Shown here: positions 51,363-62,561 of the stretch, in pieces
Layout of the letters: each line of letters opens with the position of its first letter
Position numbering within the stretch: position 1 is the first letter of the stretch
From: Selaginella moellendorffii
Lineage: Eukaryota > Plantae > Lycopodiophyta
Direction of reading: 5' to 3'
DNA length: 64,000 bases
Assembly: GCF_000143415.4 (NCBI RefSeq)
Contig: NW_003314379.1
Location: 372,001-436,000, forward strand
Notes under the pieces: model-generated
Database searches by the model: none
What the model was told of the DNA's origin: nothing
The model's input: only the letters and a program-made list of their open reading frames with translations
Made by a program: the position numbers and the translations under genes

Positions 51363-51386
51363 TCCCACTTTAACGAAATAGAGCTT
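51363..51386 (-). repeat. Right TIR
   Basis: TCCCACTTTAACGAAATAGAGCTT followed by TAGT (51,387-51,390). Confidence 0.95.
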
Positions 51387-51390
51387 TAGT

Positions 51391-51930
51391 ATTATTTGCC
51401 AAGTATGGTTTTGCACATGGGACCCTTTTTGAGCTCAGTAACTACAATACTCAGAAGTAATCCTCTATATCATAAAATTAATCCTCCACCACTTTATAGT
51501 TATTCATTCCCTTGAAAACTGATAGGGGCTTTGGTTTGTACTAGGGAATTATTTGAAGGATTGATTCCACTTAGGTTTGCTTGACCCTGACTTCAAGACA
51601 AAAGCAATCAATCTTCTCGACAGGTACAAAGATATTTTTGCTTGATCAAATACAGATTTGCGAGGAATTCCTCCCGAAATCTACATGCACCGAATCGCTA
51701 CCTCAAATTATACCAAGAAAGCAAGTAGCCTATCGAATAAACCCTAACATGCAAATGAAAGTTAAAGAAGAACTTGACAAGCTTGAGAATGCCGGCTTCA
51801 TCTACCTAATTCAAAACCTGAAATGGCTATCACCACTTGTCATTATTCTCAAGAAAAATGGCAAACTCAAAGTCTACGTCAACTACAAAAGGCTCAATAA
51901 TGCAACCCAAAAAAACACCTTCCCAATTCT
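51391..51930 (+). mobile_element. Continuation of the right arm: gag remnant/Gypsy RT fragment junction
   Basis: Reverse complement of ~3,960-4,490; KVKEELDKLENAGFIY..WLSPLVIILKKNGKLKVYVNYKRLN. Confidence 0.85.
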
Positions 51931-52113
51931 ACTGGCTACTATAGAGACTTGAACTCAACACTGTAGAGCAAAGGGCAAAACCCTAACTCTAGCATTTGCG
52001 GCTATATCTCCAAGCACCGAGATCAGGATCTACAACACCGAAATCAAGCTATAGGCCTCTACGAGGTCTCCTACATCATAGAGAAAGAGTACAAGATTGA
52101 CATTGCAAAGAAA

Positions 52114-53019
52114 ATGCTTCCAGCTTTTCGAGAAGAAATGGTGTGTGCCCAAGAACTCAAATATATTTTCACCATGGGCTACATTGCAGGGGTAGTCAAG
52201 CTTCCAAACAACAGAAAGCAAGTCACATCCATGTTGCAAACAAAAGGGATGCCACCGGGATGCATCAAGATCATTGAGAATTACAACTCCAGAAGCTCAC
52301 TTCAAGTGAGTAACATCACCGATGAAGTGAAGCCAATGCTCAAGTTTCTCATCTCAACTCCCGAGATGTGCAAGTCAAGTAGCTCCACCAGCAAAGCCAT
52401 TGCAATCCTCTATGACGACTTGCAACACAAAATCAAAGTGGACATCACAAGTTACCTCCACAAAAAACTCATTAAGGAAATCCACTTGGCAACAAAACTG
52501 ATCCATAGCAGCCAAAAATGTGAAACACTTGCATTCCCCTATGTGGCTGCACTTGTGTCAGCTCTTGACTCGGCATTTCCACTCAGCGTGAAAGTACCTC
52601 CGACAACACCACAAACTAGAAGAAAGTGGGAATGCAAATCGAAGAGAAGAGAGGATCTGCTCCATATATCCGAAGAAGAAGACGAAGAGGAGGAAGAACA
52701 AGAGGACAAAAAAGAGCTTTTGCCACTGACAATGACTCCACCAGCAAAAAGAACCAAGATGACAACAGGTTCACCCCCAAAGAACAGGACAACCACAAAC
52801 CAAATCGAAAGCATCATCTCCAAGGAAGAATTGGAGGAAAAGAGTCAGGAACAAAACCAAGAAATCAATCTTGACTCCATAACCACCCCAACCAATAGTG
52901 TAGCAGTTCACACCAAGAAAGAAGGGCGAGCATCCCCACCTGCAAAAGCACCAGTTGACAACAGCACTATGCCTCAGCACCGAGAGCACCACAGCAAGGA
53001 GCGTCCAGACCAGGAATGA
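52114..53019 (+). CDS. Hypothetical 301-aa ORF, probably retroelement-associated and degenerate
   Basis: Intronless, adjacent to the Gypsy RT fragment; coding-like sequence with stops continues to ~53,550; purine tracts downstream; no recognised domain. Confidence 0.4.
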   Translation: MLPAFREEMVCAQELKYIFTMGYIAGVVKLPNNRKQVTSMLQTKGMPPGCIKIIENYNSRSSLQVSNITDEVKPMLKFLISTPEMCKSSSSTSKAIAILYDDLQHKIKVDITSYLHKKLIKEIHLATKLIHSSQKCETLAFPYVAALVSALDSAFPLSVKVPPTTPQTRRKWECKSKRREDLLHISEEEDEEEEEQEDKKELLPLTMTPPAKRTKMTTGSPPKNRTTTNQIESIISKEELEEKSQEQNQEINLDSITTPTNSVAVHTKKEGRASPPAKAPVDNSTMPQHREHHSKERPDQE

Positions 53020-55411
53020 TGCAGGGAGCCAAAGCAAGAGCAACAATGCGAACTAGAGCTGCCACACAGGCTGCTCAGCTCGGTGTTCCTTCAGTTTGTT
53101 GATGAAGTCCAACGCCTCCAACCAACGCCACAGATGCCAATCCTGCCGGACTTCGCATGATAGTTCCATGACGAATAGATGAGCATCTTTCTACACAATG
53201 GAGTATAGGCCATAATCAACGTAGTTGTCTTCCAGCCCCTAGATGCAAAGCTCAACAAGATCCAGAGCGACATCCAGCAGCTCAAAAGGAGCATTTGAGG
53301 TATGTCCTTCCAAGGGACAGTATGTGCGGAGACACAATGCATCAATGATGAGCTCGCTAAAGAAAATGTAGACCTCCACAGTGAGGTCCCCATTTTGATG
53401 GCAAAGCAGCCTGCAGTAATGGAAGACGACAATGAAAGCAAACACGATGAGGAGAATGACGATGATGAAGAGTTCCATTAGCGACTCAACAAATTCCAAG
53501 TCAAACTCGCAGGAAATTCAATGCCAACAAAGCCAACCAATGCAATGGAGTAGTAGGGGCTTCAAGACGAAGCTTTGTTTAGTTGTGGGAGAGTGAAGTA
53601 TATCAAATTAAGCATGCATTTGAGCATTTTTTTGACATTCAAGATTATGACCTTAACACTCAAGGTTACAATCTTGATAGTTAGAACTCAGGAAGAAATG
53701 GCAACTACCACCATGTAGGAGTAGTTAAGGGGGAGAGTTAACACTTGATCCTTATCCTTATCTTTGTTGTATTCCAACTTATCACCAATGCACATCTATT
53801 TGCTCAAGACTCGGAGTATACTAGTGATGTCAAGTTTATCCTTACTCACGATCACTCGCATGATCCTTCTTGGGGATTGAAGGTCTCAAGTTAGTTTTTA
53901 ATTAACTCATGTGTTTGGTAGCTTGTTCCAAGGGGAGGATTACTACACAAATGCAAGATCAATGACAACAAAAGCCCTTTGTCATTCTGCAACCACAACA
54001 GTAATCTGGTGCAGCTAGTCGCAATCCCAAGCCAAACCACACCAAAGATTTTCTCCTAGTTTTCAAACATCATTAATAGCATATAAAAGACCATTATCAA
54101 AGAGCATAAAGTTTGTGCTCTTGAATAGTTGCCTTCTGACAAAAGCATTCCTAGAGTTTTTATTAGAGGCTTTCTTTGGCCAACTGTGAAGGCAATGTAT
54201 CCACCCCTTATGCACTAATGTGTGACTTTCAAGTACTCTAGGCTTATCATAGATGCTTGATATAAGTTTTATCAAATAGTGAGTTCTGCTTCTATGCTTC
54301 TGACACTAGGCCTTCACAATGATATTCAGGAGACTCTTCTAGTTTTCTCTCCATCCATTTCCAACAAGTTTGGACGTGCTGCATGAGAGTTTTGAGCTTG
54401 CAAAGCTTAGGATCCTGCAAGGTGGCATTTTCAAGATTCCAGCATGTTTTTCCTACTTTGACTTGGAGCAGTGACTCTTTTCAACCACACTCAGCTCTGG
54501 ACCATGGCCATCCACACCTGTAGCAGTCAATCAGAGCACCTCATTCTTTTAACAACTTCACAGCAATGAAAGTGGTGGACGTGAGCACTCTACAGCTTTT
54601 TCACAACTTTAGTACCTTTTCAGCAGGACTCTTGGATATAAGAGATTTTTTTGGCACTCTTGGACACAGCATGATAGGGGGAGCATGGCTTCCTCAACTT
54701 TGAGCTTTCCACTTGCCTTCTGGTGCAATTTTCACTTTGTACGACCTAGACTTCTATAGGCAATCCAGGATGACCACAGGTTGTCATCAGCACCTTCCTC
54801 TATCATTCATGACTACTCAATTGCAACATCATGGCTTTTGGGACAGTGGTGCATGTTTTAGGCTTTGACATCCACAACGACTTGGCTGTCCACCCTGCTA
54901 AATGATGTCCTGCAATTTACCTAGCTCCACCTTCACGTATAGCTGCACCATTGGCAAATCCTTTGTATCCATTCCAAAGCTCACTTATTGAATCCCATTT
55001 TAAAGAAGAGTTGTAGAATAAAACAAAAACCTAAATGGTATTTGGAAGACATCTGAAGTTTCTGTTAAAGTGAAAGAGTGTATGCTAGACAGTGTTAGTT
55101 TTTTTCATCCCACTTTAATCTGGACAAAATAAACCATCAATCAATGTGCTTGAAAGCACTAAACCAAGATGTCCCGCATATACTTGAAGCTAAGCCCAGG
55201 CCTCCTTTTGTTTCTTGCAAAAAACTCCAATAAACATCAGCATCCTGGAGTGACACAAACACAATGCTCTGCTGCTTCCCTACAAGCCACCTCAGCACAT
55301 TGTAATGCCCCCTAAAACCATCTTTTTAGGACATGCCTTTATTGGGCATTTGCTGCAAACACGACATCCATGTAAAGAACTTTCCTTTAGCTAGTAGCTG
55401 ATCCAGGATCC

Positions 55412-56190
55412 ATCAAGCTTGAAGAACTTCGAGTTGGAATGATGGATATGGATTGCTGCTGAAAGGCACGCTGTGTCTTCCAAGCCACCATCGTTGGGAA
55501 CTTGGATCACTTTCATGACCTTGCAATCCTCCTTGACTGCCCAGATGTTCTTCTGGCAGCTCACACCACAGAACCCAAACTTGCTATTGCTGGAAGAAGC
55601 GTTTGTCAGTTGGAGTGCCTCCCATGAGTTGTTGCCACTGTCATATCTCTGCAACAACGATCTGGTTATGTCGGCATCATACATCTGGTTGGCATGTACA
55701 ATACAACAGCACCCATGCAATCTAGTCATGTCCACCACTTCCCAGGAATGGTCTTCTGCTGAGAAAACAAGTGTCTCTCCATTACCAGCATGTTCTTGTT
55801 ACCATCCATGATGAGAGCATTGTGAAAGGCCATGGTCCCATGCGGTGACAATGGTAGGAGAGGATACCATTGGTCCTCCAGCAGATTGTAGGAGAGGATA
55901 CCATTGGTCCTCCAGCAGATTGTATGCATTAGCGTCCTGTTTCTCCCACTCACGGTTGCCACCAACCCCCCATAGCTGCGGATGCAAAGAAGAATTGAGG
56001 ACACAGCATTGGTGCTGTGGTGCTCCATTGATTCGTGTGTGAATCTAAGATGCTCAGTGATTTACTGTGGCCCCATCCTCCAATAAGATAGAGTTTGCTG
56101 CCAAGGGCCTTGCAATCAAATCCTCCAATGTCGTTGAAGTCTTGTGGTGGAGGAGGAAGAACCACCCACACTTTCTTTGAGCTACTGGGA
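55412..56190 (-). pseudogene. Older, diverged kelch-repeat pseudogene (FAN1 5' remnant downstream at ~55,040-55,310)
   Basis: WVVLPPPP..GGFDCKALGSKLYLIGG and LQRYDSGNNSWEALQLTNASSS; frameshifts. Confidence 0.88.
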
Positions 56191-56548
56191 TTGGGGATGG
56201 TCTAAAGTTGAGTTGAGCTCACGAGTTGAGCTCAATTCAACACAAGTTAACTCAAGTTAATATAGTCAATAAGAAGTATTACAAAGGAAATCTAAATTGA
56301 ACAAATGAAGGTTCTAGCAAACTTTAAAATATTAAAAAACATAAATATCTGAGTTAAAAGTTTCTATAAAATTGAAATGTTTAAAAAAGACAAAGTTCAT
56401 GAGAATCTATCTTTTATAAAACTATATTATTTTATTATGACAACTGTTATAGCTGTCATATTTGATTTGACTACTTAATATTTTGAATACTTTTACAGCT
56501 ATAGATGTTATTCCTTCATTCAAAAGATTTTTTAGAGTTCTTGAGAAG

Positions 56549-56797
56549 ATGGGAAGCAAGGAAAATACAAGATCTGTGAGTAAGAGTTGTAGTGCAAAAG
56601 AATGTGAGAATGCTAATTTTGTTTCAGTGCCACAATCTCCATATTACACTCCTGGTCTTTATTACCCATTTGGGAATGTGGAGACCACTATCACGATTGA
56701 TAAAAATGCCCCTATTACTTCTAAAACAACAGTCCAGAGCAAGAGAAAGGAAGAAATGAACAGCACGTTGGAAAGCACCAAGAAATCTACTCCATAA
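56549..56797 (+). CDS. Small hypothetical protein (82 aa), paralogue of 50,469-50,726
   Basis: SVPQSPYYTPG..NAPITSKTTVQSK..ESTKK. Confidence 0.55.
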   Translation: MGSKENTRSVSKSCSAKECENANFVSVPQSPYYTPGLYYPFGNVETTITIDKNAPITSKTTVQSKRKEEMNSTLESTKKSTP

Positions 56798-57387
56798 AAC
56801 TTTCCATAACATTTGTAATTTACATATTAATTCATATAAAAAACTTTGTTGCCTGCTTATATCGCAATCCTCTCATATGATAAGACCAAGGTATATTTTG
56901 CAATGAATCCTCATTAAAAGATTTTGGGAATTGTTTGTAAATAATAATAAAAGAAATCAAAATCTTTCGAAAGACTCAAAAGTAATATCATATTAAAGAA
57001 TCAACTTTTTCTACATTTCCAAGACTGAAAGGCAATCTCAGATGAGAGAATGGTAGCGTGCCAACATGCTCTACCACTATAATGTGGTCTATATTTCCTT
57101 GTAGTTTATTTCCCTAGACATTTGGCATGTGTAGAAAAGAATATATGTGTAGCAAAGTAGGATTCATCATAATGATAGAGCATGTGTATGCACGATAATC
57201 TAAAATTTTAGAAGCTCTTATGTTTACAAGAAAGCTATGATTATAAAGCCCCATTTCCAAGACTGACATTTAAAGAATCTAAATATTGTGAGTGTCATAA
57301 TAAATAAACCTCATTCCCAAGACTAAAACTGAGTATATAAACTATCTAGAAAAGCTGTAGTCATCGTAGATTTTTTGTTCTCCTTAA

Positions 57388-57980
57388 TGTAAACAACCAA
57401 AGGGAACGACTTGAGAGACGGTCCATGGGGTTCAAATATAGAGGGAAAGGGCCCATGAATAAAAGTGCACCCCCTTTTCCAATCGGTTAAGGGTTTTGGG
57501 ATATTTGGAGTTAAGTGTCCTTGGGTTTGAATAGTACTGAGTTGGGTGACCTCCCGGGAAGTCCAAACTCAGGAGTTTACTTTTGGTATCAGAGAGGTCT
57601 CGGGTCCGACTCTGTTGGTTGGCTAGGGGAATCACATCACATGTTGATTGACATCTGGCTGGTCCAGTTTGCTCCCGCTGGGCTCAACCCGAGGGGTAGG
57701 GTGTCAAGAGAGCATGGCTCTCGGGAGAGCTGCGGCTCTCAGCTTTCGTTCACGAGGGCGTGAACTTGCAAGGAAGCGTGGTGAATTGTAAGCAACCAAA
57801 GGGAACGATTTGAAAGACGGTCCATGGGGTTCAAATATAGAGGGAAAGGGCCCATGAATAAGAGTGCACCCTCTTTTCCAATCGGTTAAAGGTTTTGGGA
57901 TATTTGGAGTTAAGCGTCCTTGGGTTTGAATAGTACTGGGCTGGGTGACCTCCCGGGAAGTCCAAACTCAGGAGCTTACT
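57388..57980 (+). mobile_element. Complete Cassandra-type TRIM with 5S rRNA-derived LTRs
   Basis: 194-bp LTRs at 57,388-57,581 and 57,787-57,980; PBS TGGTATCAGAG at 57,584; purine tract before the 3' LTR; near-TSD CTTAA/CTTGA; 5S-like AGTTAAGCGTCCTTGGG..GGGTGACCTCCCGGGAAGTCC in each LTR. Confidence 0.92.
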
Positions 57981-58008
57981 CTTGAGCTCTTTAGAAGCTT
58001 GTATTGAA

Positions 58009-58554
58009 ATGACTCAAAGGAGAGCTATTGCTACTCATACTTGGCCCCCCAACATTTCATATCAATCTCCACCTCCATCCCCAAGTTCTACCAACATTTC
58101 ACTTTCACCTCCACATAACAATCCTTTTTTTGCTGAGGGCTCTAGTGAAGCTGAACTAGAGCTCCCTATATGTGAAATTCCGAATCTTACTACTAGAGAG
58201 GGATTGCTTCCAGCGCTTCAAGAGCAATGCCACATGTTTTTACAAGATTTTGCTCCTGACATGGCGGGATTATTTGAAAGCACAGAACACTATTACATTC
58301 GGTGTCCAATATGCTACTTTTTCTTAGACAAGACAAATGGCTCTATGGGTTTACAAACTTTTCTTGAGCACTGTAGGAATTGCCCAATAGCAGGTTTGGA
58401 AAATATGCATATGTGGATGTATAATAGATTCAAAAATGAGTTACGGACACATACCCACTATCGCTTCATGGTGAGGAACAACATCCCCTTGGGAAACACT
58501 ACATCGGTTAGTGCAAAATATGGGGTTTTTAGGCCACCCTACAGTGGAATGTAA
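58009..58554 (+). CDS. Hypothetical protein with a putative Zn-binding motif
   Basis: Pro/Ser-rich N-terminus; CPIC-x17-HCRNC. Confidence 0.45.
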   Translation: MTQRRAIATHTWPPNISYQSPPPSPSSTNISLSPPHNNPFFAEGSSEAELELPICEIPNLTTREGLLPALQEQCHMFLQDFAPDMAGLFESTEHYYIRCPICYFFLDKTNGSMGLQTFLEHCRNCPIAGLENMHMWMYNRFKNELRTHTHYRFMVRNNIPLGNTTSVSAKYGVFRPPYSGM

Positions 58555-59051
58555 AATCTAGAATTACTTTACTATACTATAGTATTGTCACTATTAAAAG
58601 AAAAATATAATAAAATGATATTAGTTGTAGGTAACATACCTTGTTCTAGAAGGTGCTATCATATCACATATAATTGTTACAAAATGTTGAAGGAGGAGAT
58701 GGCAACACACAAGCGCTACAAAGTGATGGTGACAGGTGAGAATGATAATTTGCAATTATGATATCTGACAATTTTACTGACATCTAACACTTTCATTGAC
58801 ATCTAACATATAACAAGCTTTCTATTTTATGTAAGGATGCAATTAACTTTCTTCTGCCTCATCATCAACATAATGATTTCTTTTATACTTCCTCCTATAT
58901 TGGTATTGTGGGGAAGATTCACCTTGCATATGTTGAGCTATGGCTTCTGCATAGTCAGGGAGATTTCCAAAGCCTCCAATTCTAGAAACTCCAGGTGACT
59001 GTGATCTATAAATTAAAATTAAACATATATTGAAATTTTAATAAACATAAT

Positions 59052-62000
59052 TTACCTCCTTGAGGTTCGAGGTAACTCACGAAATCCTCTAAGCCAAAGT
59101 TTGAAGAAATGATGTTCTTCAATAGCAAACACCGACCTACCAGAGTCATGTGCTACCTCCACTATAGAACCACTACCTGCTGTGCAATCAATCACAACAC
59201 CATCTGGTGGGCAATAGAGCTCAAGCAAGACTTGCATTGCCGAATGGAGTTCGAAATTGGTACCCTGGAAACGTGTTGCGGATCTGCTCATCCATAAGGT
59301 TGGGTATGATGTTAGTGGAACTGTCGTACCCAGGCAAAACACGTGTTGCACGTTCACTATCATGAAACCCATCATGTGTATTTCTGCAGAAGGCATGATA
59401 GGTCCACATCATAACCTGGAATATAAAAATGTTTAGAAATTAGATAAAAATATAAAATACGTACTCACTTTTTTAGGCTTCTCTTGGACACCCCTCGTAT
59501 TAATGCCAATAGGATCCATGATGCACCCGGAAGAGAATGACTTGAAATGAACTTTTGCTACGCACGTCATAAGCTCATACATCCAGTTGGGGTCATTCGG
59601 TAGGATGAAGATGACATGGCTAGCTTCGAGCATAAGTGCTTCGGACAATAGGAATGCATTGCGTATGTGGTTAGGTATGAGAAAGTTCCAATCCTCAACT
59701 TTCCCATTGATATTTGAAAGACCATCTGGAAAGTCGAAGAGAATGAAGTCCGCAACTGGGAGCAAGGGCCTTTATATCTTTCGGCACCAACAGTTGAATT
59801 GGCGCCATACATCCATGTTGATGTCATCTTCTGTGAAAGATGTCAACAATCTACTGTAAGAGCCAATGAAGATACCCATAATGCCTCGTTGTGTTATTGG
59901 GGACATAGGACGGACCTATAAAAGAGCTAAGTGAATGAAAAAAACAATAAATAGTATGCTACTGTCATATGGCGTGTTGTCAATGAGAGTTCCTCCAACT
60001 CCTCTTCACGAGCATCTTGTCAAGCTGGAATGATTTTACTACCAACAGTCATTGCTGCAAAAAACATGTATTACCACCTTTAGTTTGTAAAATTCACTTT
60101 TGCTTACTTCGAGGTCAACATGATATTCTGTGACCCACTTGATCATCGTTATTTACTGGTAGAACCTAATCCGAATCTTGGTTGTTTGATGGTTGAACTG
60201 GAGCATGATCCTGGCTGTTTGGTGGTGGAATACGAACTTGATCTGGAGCTTCCTCATCCTTGTCTCCATTGTCACTTGCATTGCTATTGTTGCTAGCATT
60301 GACAACTTCCTCACGATCTAGTGTAGAGGTCTCCTTCCCTATGAGCTCCAACTCCCAAGGGCATTTTATCTTTTATGCCTTTGGAACTCTCGCAAACATT
60401 GTTAAGTACATTCCTTCATCCCTTACACCCTTTGCAACAAGTCGAGTTCAAACTGGTGCCTCAAATGGCATGCCTCTATATCGAAGATACCTATAAACAA
60501 TATATATTAAAAAATAGTCTTAGAAATCATATTATACTTGTAAGCTGCACGTCGCATGAAATAAAGTTGACCATGTTGGCAATCATAAGTTGTTGTGCTT
60601 GTAGACTTCTCTGGCAGCCACCCCTCTTTGATCCCTTCCAATGACGTATTGATGTAGGTGTCAAAAGACATGAATGTGCCATCTGGATCGTCACCAATAT
60701 ATGGTGCCAAGAACTTCTCACCTTCACTTATGGTTTGTGTGATGTAAACAACCCTTCTCATCATGTTCTCAAATAGTTCTAGCAGTCCTTTCTCTCTGTT
60801 CATCAAGCAGACATTGAGGAACTCTAGAGTCTCTATCTGTTGCTTATATGGAAGCTTCGATTTTGCAATATTGTAAATCATGTCATCTGGAGTTTTGTTC
60901 ACTGCAAAAGTAACATATGCATAATTGAGAAAAATGAAGTGAGATAAGAAACTTATATTCATGAGAAGAAATTTCGGCTATAGTCTCTAGTCACTCTTTC
61001 GGCCTGTGATTGTCTACTATGCATACTAATTTCTTCAACTTTGAGGACTTTGCATGCTGAATTTTGTGCTCAATTTGAACAAACTCAGCTGAGAGCTCTT
61101 CCCAACTCTTCTCTGGATATGCAAGTTCGTAAGCATCTTGCTTGACCTTCACCAAAGGCTAAAAACCAAAACAATTAAAAGAGGCTTTTATAAAATAAAA
61201 GGGAAAGACATACCTTACACCACACAACGAGCATAAAACTGATTGGGTTGTTGAACCAAGTTGTATTGTCATTTCGAGTGCGTGAGTGTCGAACAAGTGT
61301 TGCGAGATCATCACCATAATGTTGGCGGATGTCATCCTCACTCAAATCTGCCAAAAATCGAAGTTGCTCGATGTCATGGACAAGGTTTTGTTTTTGAACA
61401 GCAAATTGCCCAAGCCTACATTTAAACACAACAAAACAAGTTAAAGTGGAGTTACGCATTGATCTTTTGGCAGGCCAAGATAAGTCTGTTGACATCTAAA
61501 GGTCCCCTCACTTAGACATGGCTGACTGGAATGTTGATATGGTAGATAGGATCATCGCGAAAATGATCGTCGATACACTTCATCTAAGCTCTATATTGGT
61601 GGTTACCATCAATAATTTGGAACATTGTCCCCGCAAGCTGTTGAGTCTCAGGATGTCTGATAAGCATGTCATCAAATTCTAAGAACTTCCTCCTCCAAAT
61701 AGGATCCCTGCTATTCACAATCTCAGGTGTGATGGTAATGATCTTCGTTGTTCCTAGCTTGCAAAAAGAGACTAGAAACATACCAATGTTTGTTGCAAGG
61801 CCATTTTGTTTGAACAAGCTGTATATATCCGGGTTGACATACTTGGATGCTGTGTGGACAAGGTTCGTCTGTTGCAAACGGCAAAGTGGGATTTCTTTGA
61901 TCAAGTCACAAAGGCCTGGCCACTTAAATGCCTCAAGTGTTTGGTGAACTACTTTTTCCCTTGTCCGTATAACAGTCTCTTGGAAGCGCTTGTCCACCAC

Positions 62001-62456
62001 ATTGTCAGGAAGGTCTGCAACTCTTTCAACTCCAAGTTGTTCCTCAAGTTCCATATCCTGAACACCACTAGATTGCCCAACTTCAGGGATTTGCGTTGGT
62101 GGTGGGCCAGTGAGGAGTAAAGTTGGAGGTGGCAGTGGTGATGGTGGGGGTGGTGGTGGTGGCAGTGGCGGCGGCGGCAGAGGCAATAGTGGCAGTGGTG
62201 GTGGCAATGGTGGTGGTGGCGGTGGCGATGGCGGTGGTGGAGGTGGTGATGGAGGTGGTGGAGGTGGCGATGGCGGTGGTGGAGGTGGTGATGGTGGAGG
62301 TGATGGTGGTGGAGGCGGTGAATCTTTAAGTAAATGTGTCTCTGTTGTGCCAATGGACATGTCGATCGTGATGTCGTCGTCAGTGCCGAATTGAACTTCT
62401 CGTGTCTTCTTGGCTCCAACAACCTTTTTATGTGTTACAATTTTCCTTTTCTGCAA
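59052..62456 (-). pseudogene. Multi-exon gene: polyproline tract + ParB/Srx-like domain + beta-class N6A/N4C DNA-methyltransferase-like domain (several stops; true ends uncertain)
   Basis: KEIPLCRL..FKQNG..FQIIDGNHQYRA*(W); ADFILFDFPDG at the motif IV position precedes LELYCPPDGVVIDCTAGSGSIVEVAHDSGRSVFAIE (motifs X/I/II). Confidence 0.72.
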
Positions 62457-62561
62457 GAGAAAAAATTTTGTTAGTCAAACTAAATAAAGATAATAAGAAA
62501 TTCAAACAGTCAAAGAGAAAAAAAATCAAGTGGGCCTAGACTCCACCTCGGGCACTTTAGT

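Larger units (their letters stand above)
38179..51386. mobile_element. 13.2-kb TIR DNA transposon, Sola1-like, with a large second gene
   Basis: Perfect 24-bp TIRs; TSD TAGT (or TTAGTA if the TIR is read 1 bp shorter); flanks rejoin to match the uninterrupted paralogous site at ~4,483-4,510; internal DDD transposase. Confidence 0.92.

Noticed and set aside
38179-51386. Polinton/Maverick (AG termini, possible 6-bp TSD, large size)
   Set aside because: No protein-primed PolB, retroviral integrase, packaging ATPase or capsid ORFs recognised; TIRs are short; transposase motifs are Sola1-like
57505-57565. 5S rRNA gene
   Set aside because: Only the internal ~55-nt region is present, embedded in LTRs, with no 5S 5' end or terminator; same at 1,535-1,590, 1,935-1,990 and 57,905-57,965
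61949-62422. His-rich and Gly-rich ORFs
   Set aside because: Alternative frames and antisense of the polyproline tract
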